A stretch of DNA of 64,000 nucleotides from an uncultured Gemmatimonadales bacterium (lineage in GTDB: Bacteria; Gemmatimonadota; Gemmatimonadetes; Gemmatimonadales; GWC2-71-9), in contig CAVWRM010000001.1 of the NCBI GenBank assembly GCA_963757525.1, positions 2,823,685-2,887,684 of the forward strand, read 5' to 3'. The first letter of the stretch is position 1, and the number at the start of each line of letters is the position of its first letter. Below the pieces are notes generated by a model. The model saw only the letters and a program-made list of their open reading frames with translations, was not told the DNA's origin and searched no databases. This document shows positions 1 through 9,469 of the stretch, in pieces. A program made the position numbers and the translations under genes.

Positions 1-665
1 TGCGGATGCTCGCCGACAGCGAGACGGCCCTCAGGCGTAACGCCAACCCACGGCTCGAAGTCGAGTCCCTGCTGCTGCGCTGGTGCATGCTCGATCGGAT
101 GGTCGATCTGGCCGAGGTGATCGGCCGAGGTGCGGCGTCACCACCGGCATCGGGACCCGTGCGCGCGCCGGCCCCGGCCAGATCGGCGCCCGTATCGCCC
201 CTGCCGTCCACATCTCACGCGGCGCCGGCCCCCGCCCCCGGACCGGCCCACGCCGCGCCGCCGGCGATCGGGTCGGGCGCCCTTGGGCCGGTGCTCGATA
301 CGTGGCCGGACGTCGTGGCGGAGGTGCGGAGCAAGAGTCGCTTCCTCGGCGAGGCGCTCGACGCTACGATGCCCACCGCCCTGGAGGCGCCGTGGCTCAC
401 CCTGTCGCTCTCGGAGCCCAATCCGCTGTTCGCCGAGCGGATCCAGACACAGGCGCGCGTCGTCGAGGCCGAGCTGCAGCGCCTTACCGGTCGGGCGCTC
501 CGGATTCGCGTCACCGAGTCGGCGTCGGAGCCGGATGCGCCACCGGCCAGGCCGCGTACCCTCACCGAGTCGAGCATCAAAGCCGACCGGCTGAGGTCGT
601 TGCGGGCCAAGGATCCGGCTCTCGATACGGCGGCGGAGTCGTTAGATTTGGAGATCGTGGACTAG
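1..665 (+). CDS. dnaX: DNA polymerase III subunit gamma/tau, C-terminal part (5' end outside window)
   Basis: Frame of ORF 6..665 is open to the window edge. Pro/Ala-rich linker followed by a structured C-terminal domain. Conserved dnaX-ybaB-recR gene order. Confidence 0.7.
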   Translation, partial: RMLADSETALRRNANPRLEVESLLLRWCMLDRMVDLAEVIGRGAASPPASGPVRAPAPARSAPVSPLPSTSHAAPAPAPGPAHAAPPAIGSGALGPVLDTWPDVVAEVRSKSRFLGEALDATMPTALEAPWLTLSLSEPNPLFAERIQTQARVVEAELQRLTGRALRIRVTESASEPDAPPARPRTLTESSIKADRLRSLRAKDPALDTAAESLDLEIVD

Positions 666-704
666 CTTGCACCCGGGTCTTGGGACCCCTACTTTGCCCG
701 AATC

Positions 705-1040
705 ATGCCAGGATTACCCGATAGCATGGCAGACTTTCAGCAGCTCTTTCAGCTCGGCCAGCAGGTCCAGGGCCGGCTTCAGCAATTGCAGTCCGAGTTG
801 GCGGGCCGGACCATCGAGACGTCCGCTGGCGGGGGCATGGTGCGGGTCACCGCCGACGGCCGGGGAACCATCCACTCGGTGGTCGTCGATCCCACCGTGT
901 TTCACGCGCACGATGCGGAGTTTCTGAGCGATCTGGTGCTGTCGGCGGTGGCCGAAGCGCAGCGCCGGGCGGCCGACATGCTGCAGACCGAAATGCGAAA
1001 GGTCCAGCCGCTGGCGTTCGCGCCGCCCCCGCCCCTCTGA
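705..1040 (+). CDS. ybaB: YbaB/EbfC family nucleoid-associated protein
   Basis: 111 aa. Sequence ...LQQLQSELAGRTIETSAGGGMVRVTADGRGTIHSVVVDP... is typical of YbaB and it sits between dnaX and recR. Alternative start ATG 726. Confidence 0.85.
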   Translation: MPGLPDSMADFQQLFQLGQQVQGRLQQLQSELAGRTIETSAGGGMVRVTADGRGTIHSVVVDPTVFHAHDAEFLSDLVLSAVAEAQRRAADMLQTEMRKVQPLAFAPPPPL

Positions 1041-1043
1041 CCG

Positions 1044-1634
1044 GTGAGTGCGATCGAGGAGCTGATCGCGGAGCTCGCCAGGCTGCCGGGGATCGGCCGC
1101 AAGACGGCCCAACGTCTTACCTTCCATCTACTGCAGCAATCTTCAGAACAGGCGGTGCGGTTGTCCTCGGCGCTGATCGCGGTGACCGAGCGTGTGCGAC
1201 CGTGTGCGCAGTGCGGCAACCTCACCGAGGATCAGCCATGTCCCATCTGCGGCGATCCGCGGCGCGATCCGGCCGTGCTGTGCGTAGTGGAGGACGCGTC
1301 GGCGGTGTCCGTGGTGGACCGGTGCACCGATTTCCGGGGCCACTTTCATGTGCTCGGCGGCCACCTCTCGCCGCTCGATGGGGTCGGGCCCGACTCGTTG
1401 TCACTCGATCGCCTGGTGCACCGGGTCCGGTCGGGCGGGGTGCGCGAGGTCATTCTCGCCACCAATCCCTCGATGGAGGGTGAAGCCACGGCGACATACG
1501 TGCAGCAGCTCCTGGTCGGTCTCGATGTCCGCATCACCCGGCTGGCGCGCGGCCTCCCCATGGGCGGCGATCTCGAGTACGTGGACGGCGTGACGCTGGC
1601 GCACGCGCTCGTGGCGCGGCAGGACGTGTCCTGA
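1044..1634 (+). CDS. recR: recombination protein RecR
   Basis: 196 aa, GTG start. N-terminal HhH LPGIGRKTAQRL, a C4 zinc finger (CAQCGNL...CPIC) and a Toprim region. Confidence 0.95.
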   Translation: MSAIEELIAELARLPGIGRKTAQRLTFHLLQQSSEQAVRLSSALIAVTERVRPCAQCGNLTEDQPCPICGDPRRDPAVLCVVEDASAVSVVDRCTDFRGHFHVLGGHLSPLDGVGPDSLSLDRLVHRVRSGGVREVILATNPSMEGEATATYVQQLLVGLDVRITRLARGLPMGGDLEYVDGVTLAHALVARQDVS

Positions 1635-1903
1635 TGCGCTCCCGCGCGGTGGTCGTGGCCGGGGGGCTGGCCGCCGGACTGGTGACCGGCTGGATCGTGG
1701 CCCAGCGGCGGTTCGCCGCGCACCGTCGGGCGCTGTTCGACGCCCGGACCGAGCGGCGCCGCGCGGCGTTGGGCTTCCTCGCGGGCCAGGGCAGCGTCGG
1801 GACCATCCGGCTGCTGCGGGACTATCTCGCGTGGGAGCAGCAACCCGCTTTGCGCCGGCGCGCCGAGGCGATCCTCCGACGGATGGAGCTGGTGTTGCGA
1901 TGA
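1634..1903 (+). CDS. small membrane-anchored protein with HEAT-like repeat (hypothetical)
   Basis: 89 aa with one N-terminal TM helix, then RRAALGFLAGQGSVGTIRLLRDYL...RRRAEAILRRM. Its ATG overlaps the recR TGA by 1 nt and its TGA overlaps the mglB ATG (ATGA). Confidence 0.55.
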   Translation: MRSRAVVVAGGLAAGLVTGWIVAQRRFAAHRRALFDARTERRRAALGFLAGQGSVGTIRLLRDYLAWEQQPALRRRAEAILRRMELVLR

Positions 1904-2391
1904 GCGGCGCGTCCAGCTGGTCGTTCCGGGAAGACGACTTCCGGCAGATTCAAGCCATCCTGAGTGACTTTCTCGGCGAGTCGAGCGCGCGCACGGCCCT
2001 CATCGTCGATCGCACCGGTCAGATGGTGGCCACCGTCGGCGAGTCGCCGGTGTTCGATCAGACCGCGTTCGCGTCGCTCACCGCGGCCGATTTCAGCGCC
2101 AACGACCAGCTTGCCCGCATGCTGGGCGAGCCGGAGTTCGGCGCCCTGTTTCATCAGGGCGAGCGGGAGTCGATGTACCTGGCCGACGTGGCGCGCCGGG
2201 TGATTCTGGTCGTCCTCTTCGACAACCGCACGACGCTGGGACTGGTGAAGCTGCGGGTCAAGTCGGCGGTGACCCGGCTGTCACAGGTCTTCAACGACAT
2301 GTTCAATCGGGAAGGCATGAGCGCGCCGGGGGTGGAGACCGAGTTTCTCGGCGAGGCGGAAGACGAGATCGACAAACTCTTCGGAGCCTGA
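1900..2391 (+). CDS. mglB: Roadblock/LC7 domain protein, MglB-like GTPase-activating protein
   Basis: Start ATG 1900 inside ORF 1831..2391. Roadblock-like sequence (ALIVDRTGQMVATVGES...LVVLFD). Lies immediately upstream of mglA, as in the Myxococcus mglBA operon. Confidence 0.8.
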   Translation: MSGASSWSFREDDFRQIQAILSDFLGESSARTALIVDRTGQMVATVGESPVFDQTAFASLTAADFSANDQLARMLGEPEFGALFHQGERESMYLADVARRVILVVLFDNRTTLGLVKLRVKSAVTRLSQVFNDMFNREGMSAPGVETEFLGEAEDEIDKLFGA

Positions 2392-2406
2392 GGGGGACGC
2401 CCGCGC

Positions 2407-3081
2407 ATGTCGATGATCAACTACGCCTCGCGCGAGATCAACTGCAAGCTGGTGTACTACGGACCCGGGCTCGGCGGGAAGACGACGAACCTGGAGTTCG
2501 TGTACAACAAGGTGGCGCCCGGCTCGCGGGGGAAGATGATCTCCCTGGCTACCGAGACCGAGCGTACCCTCTTCTTCGACTTCCTGCCTGTCGACCTCGG
2601 CACCATCCGGGGGTTCAAGGTCAAGTTCCATCTCTACACCGTTCCGGGGCAGGTGTATTACAACGCCTCGCGCAAGCTCATCCTCAAGGGCGTGGACGGG
2701 GTGGTCTTCGTCGCCGACAGCCAGATCGAGCGGACGGACGCCAACATCGAGGCGATGCAGAACCTCTACGAGAACATGTCGCAGCACGGCTACGACCTGA
2801 CCAAGATCCCGTTCACCATTCAGTACAACAAGCGCGATCTCCCCAACGCCGCCCCGGTGCATGAGCTGCAGGCCTCGCTCAACCCCGGGTGGCCGGTCGA
2901 CGAAGCCGCCCGCCAGCGTCCGGTGCCGGATCCGTATCACGAGTCCGAGTTCCTGGTCAGCCAGCAGGACGGCCAGTGGATCGAGCGGGCCCCGTACTTC
3001 GAGGCGGTCGCGCTCACCGGTGAAGGCGTGTTCGACACCCTGAAGGCCATCAGCAAGAGCGTCGTCAAGACGCTGGGGTAG
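2407..3081 (+). CDS. mglA: Ras-like small GTPase MglA (with C-terminal-half insertion)
   Basis: [29 protein letters not shown]...[12 protein letters not shown]...NKRDL closely resembles my recollection of M. xanthus MglA. It is 224 aa versus about 195 aa. Confidence 0.9.
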   Translation: MSMINYASREINCKLVYYGPGLGGKTTNLEFVYNKVAPGSRGKMISLATETERTLFFDFLPVDLGTIRGFKVKFHLYTVPGQVYYNASRKLILKGVDGVVFVADSQIERTDANIEAMQNLYENMSQHGYDLTKIPFTIQYNKRDLPNAAPVHELQASLNPGWPVDEAARQRPVPDPYHESEFLVSQQDGQWIERAPYFEAVALTGEGVFDTLKAISKSVVKTLG

Positions 3082-3091
3082 GGCCGCCACC

Positions 3092-3724
3092 ATGTGGACG
3101 CTCCCCAACATCATCACTCTCGTCCGCATCTGCTTCACGCCGGTCATCGCCCTCCTGCCCTTCATCGAAGGGTACTGGCCCAAGCTCATCGCCTTCGTGA
3201 TCTTCATCGTCGCCGCGGTCAGCGACGTGTTCGACGGCTACCTCGCCCGAAGCCGGAACGAGGTGACCGATCTGGGCAAGCTGCTCGATCCGATCGCCGA
3301 CAAGCTGCTGCTCTTCGCCATGCTGATCCCGATCTACTGGATCTCCCGCCAGCGGCACGATCTCTACGACATTCCGGTGTGGGGCAGCATCCCCCTCTGG
3401 GTCTGCCTCCTGCTGATCGGGCGCGAAGTAGCCATGACCGGTTTCCGCTGGTGGGCCAGCCGCCGGGGTGTCGTCATTCCCGCCGGCGGCGCCGGCAAGC
3501 TCAAGACCACGATTCAGAACATCTTCATCGGCGCGGTGATTCTGTGGTTCGCGTTCCGGGACGCGCGGAAGCCGCTCGGGTGGGAGCACAGCCGGTATGC
3601 CGAATACTGGAACGAGTTCCACGGCGGGTTCGTGGCGGTGACGCTGGCCGTCGCCACGCTGCTCACGGTCTACTCGTTCGTGCAGTATATGTATCGGAAC
3701 AGGCGAATGTTTACGGGGAGGTAA
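3092..3724 (+). CDS. pgsA: CDP-diacylglycerol--glycerol-3-phosphate 3-phosphatidyltransferase (CDP-alcohol phosphatidyltransferase family)
   Basis: 210 aa polytopic protein with the family motif DVFDGYLAR...G...DPIADK. Confidence 0.85.
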   Translation: MWTLPNIITLVRICFTPVIALLPFIEGYWPKLIAFVIFIVAAVSDVFDGYLARSRNEVTDLGKLLDPIADKLLLFAMLIPIYWISRQRHDLYDIPVWGSIPLWVCLLLIGREVAMTGFRWWASRRGVVIPAGGAGKLKTTIQNIFIGAVILWFAFRDARKPLGWEHSRYAEYWNEFHGGFVAVTLAVATLLTVYSFVQYMYRNRRMFTGR

Positions 3725-3725
3725 A

Positions 3726-3798
3726 GCTACGAGCTTCGAGCTACGAGCCACGAGCCAGAGGGCTTGAGCCCGTAGCCCGCAGCCCGCAGCCCGCAGCC
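3726..3798. repeat. period-7 tandem array (GCTACGA-like units then GCCCGCA-like units), dyad-like
   Basis: About 10 consecutive heptads: gctacga gcttcga gctacga gccacga gccagag ggcttga gcccgta gcccgca x3. Starts 2 nt after the pgsA stop and ends 1 nt before the cinA ATG. Confidence 0.8.
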
Positions 3799-3799
3799 T

Positions 3800-5050
3800 A
3801 TGGACCTCGAGCTCGTCACCATCGGAACCGAACTGCTCCTGGGGTTCACGCTCGACACCAATGGTGCCGAGATCGCGCGGGCCCTGGCCGGGCAGGGCAT
3901 TCGGATCGCACGGCGCACGGCCGTCGGCGACCGTGAGGACGAAATTCGCGATGCCGTCGCCCTCGCCCTCCGCCGCACCGGTGCGGTCATCACCACCGGC
4001 GGGCTCGGCCCCACCCGCGACGACATCACGAAACGGATCGTAGCCGAGCTGTTCGGCACCCCGCTCGAGTTCGACGAGCGCATCTGGGCATCACTGCTCC
4101 ACCGCTTCGCCCGCGCGGGCCGGACGCCGGTGGCCAGCAATCGCACGCAGGCCGAAGTGCCGCGGGGGGCGACGGTGCTCACCAACCGCTGGGGCACGGC
4201 ACCAGGCCTCTGGATGGAAGGGGCGCCCGGCCTCGCGATCCTGCTGCCCGGAGTTCCCACCGAGATGCGGAAGCTGCTCCAGCACGAGGTGCTGCCCCGA
4301 TTGGCCGGACGGGGGAACGGAGGGAGCATCCGCTCCATCACCATCCGCACCACCGGCATTCCGGAATCGACGCTGGCCGAGCGGATGGGCGAGATCGAGA
4401 CCGAGGTGGCCCCGTTGAGCCTCGCGTACCTGCCGGGGCTCGAAGGCGTGGACCTCCGGCTGACCGCGTGGAATCTCTCCGCCGACGAGGCGGAGCATCG
4501 GCTTCGGGTGGGCGCGGAGCTTCTGCGGCAGCGCGCCGGGTCCCACCTGTACGGACAGGGCGATGAGGATCTCGCCGCGCTCGTGCTCGACGCGGCCCGA
4601 GCTCGGAGGCTTCACATCGCCACCGCCGAATCGTGTACGGGAGGACTCGTGGGCGAGCGGCTGACCGAGATCCCCGGAAGCTCCGAAGCGTACATCGGCG
4701 GTGTCGTCTGCTATGACAACGCGCTCAAGATCTCGCTGCTCGGCGTTCCGCCCGCGATGATCGACGCAGAAGGCGCCGTGAGCGAAGCCGTCGCCCGGGC
4801 CATGGCCGAGGGCGCGCGTGACCGGTTCGGCGTCGACCTATCGGTGGCGGTCACCGGTATCGCGGGGCCCGGCGGCGGAACCCCGACGAAGCCGGTCGGC
4901 ACCGTATGGCTCGCGCTGGCGCATCCAGGCGAGACGGTCGCTCGGCGCTCCCTGTTCCTGGGCAGCCGCCACGACATCCGGCAGCGAGCCGCGCAGGGAG
5001 CGCTGATGCTGCTCTATCGAACGTTGCTGGGGATGGATCTGCCAGTCTAA
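3800..5050 (+). CDS. cinA: competence/damage-inducible protein CinA (MoCF-type N-domain + nicotinamide-nucleotide amidase C-domain)
   Basis: 416 aa. N-terminus is MDLELVTIGTELLLGFTLDTNGAEIA. C-terminal PncC-like region contains TAESCTGG. Confidence 0.9.
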   Translation: MDLELVTIGTELLLGFTLDTNGAEIARALAGQGIRIARRTAVGDREDEIRDAVALALRRTGAVITTGGLGPTRDDITKRIVAELFGTPLEFDERIWASLLHRFARAGRTPVASNRTQAEVPRGATVLTNRWGTAPGLWMEGAPGLAILLPGVPTEMRKLLQHEVLPRLAGRGNGGSIRSITIRTTGIPESTLAERMGEIETEVAPLSLAYLPGLEGVDLRLTAWNLSADEAEHRLRVGAELLRQRAGSHLYGQGDEDLAALVLDAARARRLHIATAESCTGGLVGERLTEIPGSSEAYIGGVVCYDNALKISLLGVPPAMIDAEGAVSEAVARAMAEGARDRFGVDLSVAVTGIAGPGGGTPTKPVGTVWLALAHPGETVARRSLFLGSRHDIRQRAAQGALMLLYRTLLGMDLPV

Positions 5051-5116
5051 CCAGGCCCTGCAGGCGGCCGGCTGCTATTATCTTTCCATGCGTCTCGTGG
5101 GCGGAGGAACTCGCAA

Positions 5117-5779
5117 GTGAGTGATAGATCAAGATTTAGCCGGCAGTCTCGGCGGAGTGGCAGCTCCATGGACCCACCGGATGGGATGAGGGAGCCTGCC
5201 GCTACGACCGGGCCGAGCGCCGACGGTGCCGACCTGGCGTCCACCGATATGTCCGCCGAGCCGTCGTCGCGCGAAGACTCGACGCAAGAGGAATTTGCGG
5301 GGCTCCCCGCCGACGCCGAGGCGATCGGGCGGCTCGAGAGTGAGCTCGAAGAAACCCGTGACAAGCACCTCCGCCTTGCCGCGGAGTTCGACAACTACCG
5401 CAAGCGGGTGGCGCGGGAACGGAGCGAGCTCACCGACCGGGCCCAGGCCGGGCTGACGAGCCGTCTGCTTGACGCCCTCGACGATCTGGACCGTCTGACG
5501 GCCACCATGGATAACCTGCAGGTCGAGTCGCTCCGCGAGGCGCTGACCCTCGTGGACAAGAAGTTCTGGAAGCAGCTCGAAGGAGCCGGTCTCGAGCGGA
5601 TCGACCCCGTGGGCGCGCCGTTCGATCCCGCCGAGCACGAGGCCGTCTCGACCGTGCCGCCGCCGAGCCCCGAGATGGACCACCAGGTGAGCGCCACCTT
5701 CCAGACCGGGTATCGTTTCAAGGGCGCGTTGGTGAGACCGGCCAGGGTGCAGGTGTATTCCGAGCAGGGTCAAGCCTAA
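5117..5779 (+). CDS. grpE: nucleotide exchange factor GrpE
   Basis: [17 protein letters not shown] motif. GGAGGA lies 8 nt upstream of GTG 5117. Directly upstream of dnaJ. Confidence 0.9.
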   Translation: MSDRSRFSRQSRRSGSSMDPPDGMREPAATTGPSADGADLASTDMSAEPSSREDSTQEEFAGLPADAEAIGRLESELEETRDKHLRLAAEFDNYRKRVARERSELTDRAQAGLTSRLLDALDDLDRLTATMDNLQVESLREALTLVDKKFWKQLEGAGLERIDPVGAPFDPAEHEAVSTVPPPSPEMDHQVSATFQTGYRFKGALVRPARVQVYSEQGQA

Positions 5780-5780
5780 C

Positions 5781-6887
5781 GTGGCCGCGAAGGACTTCTA
5801 TCAGGTCCTCGGCGTACCCGATTCGGCGGGTCAGGACGAGATCAAGAAGGCGTACCGGCGACTGGCCAAGCAGTACCACCCCGACGCCAACCCGAACAAT
5901 CCGAAGGCCGCCGAGCGCTTCAAGGAAGTCTCGGAGGCGCACTCGGTGCTCTCCGACACGGAGAAGCGGGCGCAGTACGACCGCATGCGGAGGTACGGCG
6001 CCTTCGACGGCGTGGCGCGGGGCGCGCGGGCCGGAGCGGCGGGAGCACGCGCAGCCGGCGGTGGGGCGGGAGAGTCGTTCAGCGAGGAAGGGTTCGAGTT
6101 CAGCGACTTCGGCGGCCTGGGCGACATCTTCTCGTCGATCTTCGGCCGCGGCCGGCGCGAGGAGCCGCAGACCGAGACGCTGGAGACGCTGGTCGAGATT
6201 CCGTTCCGCGTCGCGGTCCTCGGCGGCAAGGTGCCGGTCACCCTGGCCATCAACGAGACCTGTCCCACGTGCACGGGGTCGGGAGGAGCACCGGGCGCGA
6301 CGTGGTCGACCTGCCCCGAGTGCCACGGACGCGGCACCATCTCGTTCGGTCAGGGGAGCTTCTCGGTCAACCGGCCCTGCCCGCAGTGCCGGGGCCGCGG
6401 GCGGATCCCCTCACAGCCGTGTCCCACCTGCGCCGGTGTCGGCGAGCTGCGGCGCGAGCGGCAGGTGGTCATCACGGTCCCGGCGGGCACCGAGTCCGGG
6501 TCCAGGGTCCGGCTCCGCGGACAGGGCCAGCCGTCCAAGCCGGGCGGCTCTCCGGGCGATCTGCTGGTCACGTTTCAGGTGCTGCCCGATCGCTTCTTCC
6601 ACCGCGAGGGCCTCGACATCCATTGCGAGGTGCCGATCAACGTGGCCCAGGCGATCCTGGGTACCCGCCTCCGGGTGCGCACGCTCGACGGGAAGAAGGT
6701 GATGCTGCGGATTCCTCCAGGCACGCAGCCGGGAAGGAAGTTCCGCATCAAAGGGCAGGGGATCGAGAAGAACGGACGCCGGGGAGATCAGCTGGTGGGT
6801 ATTCAGGTGACGATTCCGGCCGAGGTCACACCTGAGCAGCAGGAATCATTCAAGAAGTTCGCCGACGCGGCCGGGCTACGGTACTGA
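5781..6887 (+). CDS. dnaJ: molecular chaperone DnaJ
   Basis: J domain (DFYQVLGV...YHPD), a G-rich linker and four CxxCxGxG zinc-finger repeats. 368 aa. Confidence 0.85.
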   Translation: MAAKDFYQVLGVPDSAGQDEIKKAYRRLAKQYHPDANPNNPKAAERFKEVSEAHSVLSDTEKRAQYDRMRRYGAFDGVARGARAGAAGARAAGGGAGESFSEEGFEFSDFGGLGDIFSSIFGRGRREEPQTETLETLVEIPFRVAVLGGKVPVTLAINETCPTCTGSGGAPGATWSTCPECHGRGTISFGQGSFSVNRPCPQCRGRGRIPSQPCPTCAGVGELRRERQVVITVPAGTESGSRVRLRGQGQPSKPGGSPGDLLVTFQVLPDRFFHREGLDIHCEVPINVAQAILGTRLRVRTLDGKKVMLRIPPGTQPGRKFRIKGQGIEKNGRRGDQLVGIQVTIPAEVTPEQQESFKKFADAAGLRY

Positions 6888-6891
6888 GGCG

Positions 6892-9009
6892 TCAGCCCGC
6901 GGCGGTCTGAATCCTCTCTACCAGAACGCGATGGCTTCCCTTGGCCGCCTCGGGACTCGGCGGCTGCCGCTGCTCGTAGCTGCCGTCGGGGCGAAGCTCC
7001 CACGCCTGCCGGTGGTCCTGCCACAGCAACAACAACAGGTCTCGCAGTGTCTGACGATGGGCCGAATCCAGGATCGGGGTGACGGATTCGATCCGGCGAT
7101 CGAGGTTGCGCGGCATCCAGTCGGCCGATCCGATATATACCTCCTCCTCGCCGCCGTTCAGGAAGTAGTACGCGCGTGAATGCTCGAGGAACCGGCCGAC
7201 GATGCTGATCACGCGAATCGTATCGCTGATGCCGGGCAGCCCGGGCCGGAGGCAGCAGATGCCGCGGACGATCAGATCGATCGGCACGCCGCCCTGCGAG
7301 GCGGCGTAGAGGGCCGCGATGATGTCGGGGTCGACCAGCGCGTTCATCTTCGCCATGATCCGAGCCGGCTGGCCGGTCTGCTGGTGCTCCACCTCCCGCC
7401 GGATCATCCCGAGGAACCGCTCCCGCATCCCCTTGGGGGCCACGATCAGCTTGCGATAGCCTACCGGCGAGGCGAATCCTGTCAGCACGTTGAAGAGATC
7501 GGTGAGATCCGCGCCGAGATCGGGGTTGGCGCTGAGCAGTCCGAAGTCGGTGTAGATCCGGGCGGTCTTCGGGTTGTAGTTCCCGGTGCCGATGTGCAGG
7601 TACCGCCGCATCGTGTCGCCTTCCCGCCGCACCACCAGCATCACCTTCGCGTGGGTCTTGAGCCCCGCCACGCCGTAGCTTACGTGCACACCGACATCCT
7701 CGAGCCGCTGCGCCCAGATGATGTTGTTCTCCTCGTCGAACCTGGCCTGCAGCTCGATCAGCACCGCGACCTGCTTTCCCCGCTCGGCGGCCTGCACCAG
7801 CATCCGTGCGATGCTCGAATCGCCGCCCGTCCGGTAGAGCGTGAGCTTGATGGCCAGGACGTCGGGATCTTCCGCGGCTGTCTGGATGAACCGCTCCACC
7901 GACGGGGCGAAGCCGTCGTACGGGTGATGGAGCAGGATATCTCCCTCGCGGATCACGTCGAAGATGTTCCGGGGACTCAGCAGGCGCGGCGGAGTGGCGG
8001 GATGGAACATCTGATCCTTGAGGGCCGGTAAATCGAGCGACGCGAGCGTCAGCAGGTCGGCCGTGTCCATCAGGCCGGCCACCTCGTACATGTCGCTGGC
8101 GGTGAGCGGCATGGCCGGGGCGTCCTGCTGCTCGCTGAATTCCATGAGGAGCAGTTCCCGGAGCGACACCGGCATCGAGGCATGGGCCTCGATCCTGACG
8201 ACCTCGGCGAACCGTCTGTTGCGTACCTCCTCCTGGATCAGGCTGAGCAGGTCTTCCGCCTCGTCGCCGTGGTCGATCTGCAGGTCCGTATTGCGTGTGA
8301 TCCGGAAGGTGTAGCAGCCGAGGATTTCGACGCCGGGAAACAGCGCCTCGAGATTGGCGCCGATCAGCTCTTCCAGCGGGATGAAGTGGTTCGGGGTGGG
8401 CAGCGGCACCCACCTGGGCAGGATCTTGGGCACCTTCACGCGGGCGAATCGCTCCTCGCCATCGGGCCCTCGCAACACCACGGCGAGGGAAAGGCTGAGG
8501 TTCGAGATATAGGGGAACGGGTGCCCCGGATCGACGGCGAGTGGCGTGAGAACGGGGAACACATTCGAGCGAAAGTACGAGTCGAGCTGGGCGCGATCGG
8601 CCCGGCTCAGCTGGTCCACGCCGGCGTGGAGCGTGAGTCCCTGCTGCGCGAGCGCCGGGAGCACGTCGTCCATCAGGCATTCGTGGTGTTGTCGGGCCAG
8701 CTCGCGCACGGTGCCCGAGATGGCTCGAAGCTGGTCCTCGGGCGTCATGCCGTCGGCCGTCCGCTCCACGATGCCCGCGGCGAGCTGCTGTTTCAGGCCG
8801 GCCACCCGGACCTGATAGAACTCGTCGAGATTGCTGCTGAAGATGCCGAGGAACTTGAGGCGCTCCAGGAGCGGCGTGCGCGAGTCCTGCGCCTCATGGA
8901 GGACGCGGCGATTGAACTCGAGCCACGACAGTTCGCGATTGAGATACAGCGAAGGATCCCGCAGATCGACGGCGGGTGGAGTGGTCGGCTTGAGGCGGAG
9001 GTCTGTCAC
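6892..9009 (-). CDS. ppk1: polyphosphate kinase 1
   Basis: 705 aa. N-terminus ...YLNRELSWLEFNRRVLHEA and PLD-like C-domains typical of PPK1. Confidence 0.95.
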   Translation of the reverse strand: MTDLRLKPTTPPAVDLRDPSLYLNRELSWLEFNRRVLHEAQDSRTPLLERLKFLGIFSSNLDEFYQVRVAGLKQQLAAGIVERTADGMTPEDQLRAISGTVRELARQHHECLMDDVLPALAQQGLTLHAGVDQLSRADRAQLDSYFRSNVFPVLTPLAVDPGHPFPYISNLSLSLAVVLRGPDGEERFARVKVPKILPRWVPLPTPNHFIPLEELIGANLEALFPGVEILGCYTFRITRNTDLQIDHGDEAEDLLSLIQEEVRNRRFAEVVRIEAHASMPVSLRELLLMEFSEQQDAPAMPLTASDMYEVAGLMDTADLLTLASLDLPALKDQMFHPATPPRLLSPRNIFDVIREGDILLHHPYDGFAPSVERFIQTAAEDPDVLAIKLTLYRTGGDSSIARMLVQAAERGKQVAVLIELQARFDEENNIIWAQRLEDVGVHVSYGVAGLKTHAKVMLVVRREGDTMRRYLHIGTGNYNPKTARIYTDFGLLSANPDLGADLTDLFNVLTGFASPVGYRKLIVAPKGMRERFLGMIRREVEHQQTGQPARIMAKMNALVDPDIIAALYAASQGGVPIDLIVRGICCLRPGLPGISDTIRVISIVGRFLEHSRAYYFLNGGEEEVYIGSADWMPRNLDRRIESVTPILDSAHRQTLRDLLLLLWQDHRQAWELRPDGSYEQRQPPSPEAAKGSHRVLVERIQTAAG

Positions 9010-9055
9010 GGCCCTAATGTACGGGTGCCGCCCGGGTCGCGGAACGAAATGTAAC

Positions 9056-9075
9056 GAGCCCGTAACGCCGGGCTC
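9056..9075 (-). terminator. possible hairpin terminator downstream of the holin-family gene
   Basis: gagcccg / cgggctc 7-bp stem with a 6-nt loop, followed on the minus strand by the T-containing tract gttacatttcgtt. Confidence 0.35.
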
Positions 9076-9081
9076 ATGTCC

Positions 9082-9447
9082 TCAGGACTCCTTGGGCGCA
9101 AACAGCAGCGACAGCACCAGACTCACCACCCCGATCACGAGGCCCCCCCAGAACGCGGGCAGGAACCCGTTCACCGTGAACCCCAGCCCCCAACGGGTCG
9201 ACAGCCAGCCGGTGACCATCAGCATCAGCGCGTTGATCACCAGGGTGAAGATCCCCAGCGTCAGCACGATGAGGGGACAGGTCAGCACGGTGAGCAGCGG
9301 CCGCAGCAGGCTGTTCACGATGCCGAATACGGCGGCGACCATGAGCAGCTGAACGATCGTCCCGTTGAAGTCGAGGCCGGTCAGGAAATAGGCCGCGACC
9401 CAGAGCGCCGCGGCGTTGAACAGCCAGTGGATCACGAGCGAACGCAT
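9082..9447 (-). CDS. 4-TMS phage-holin-family (superfamily IV, DUF360-like) membrane protein
   Basis: 121 aa with four hydrophobic helices. Sequence WLFNAAALWVAAYFL...IVNSLLRPLL...LVINALML is typical of this family. Confidence 0.7.
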   Translation of the reverse strand: MRSLVIHWLFNAAALWVAAYFLTGLDFNGTIVQLLMVAAVFGIVNSLLRPLLTVLTCPLIVLTLGIFTLVINALMLMVTGWLSTRWGLGFTVNGFLPAFWGGLVIGVVSLVLSLLFAPKES

Positions 9448-9469
9448 GGGATGCTCCGTTTGGGTTCCG

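Noticed and set aside
3726-3798. Possibility that the short tandem repeats (also at 11720, 45619 and 46671) are CRISPR arrays
   Set aside because: The units are 7 nt with no spacers, the arrays are under 140 nt, and there are no cas genes. They are microsatellite-like heptads, not CRISPRs.
6803-8680. 625 aa ORF in an alternative frame on the same strand as ppk1, overlapping it, and similar long shadow ORFs across the window (for example 28206..30335 +, 41352..43607 -, 44020..45630 -, 55568..57835 -, 21245..22660 -)
   Set aside because: Their translations are Arg/Gly/Pro/Ala/His-rich low-complexity strings with no recognisable motifs. Each lies opposite to, or out of frame with, a gene that has strong family signatures. 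This is the typical open-frame artefact of GC-rich DNA.
9082-9447. Holin-family gene as an indicator of a prophage
   Set aside because: No endolysin, terminase, capsid or integrase genes are nearby. The flanking genes are ppk1 and mnmA. This DUF360-type family is common as a stand-alone chromosomal membrane protein.
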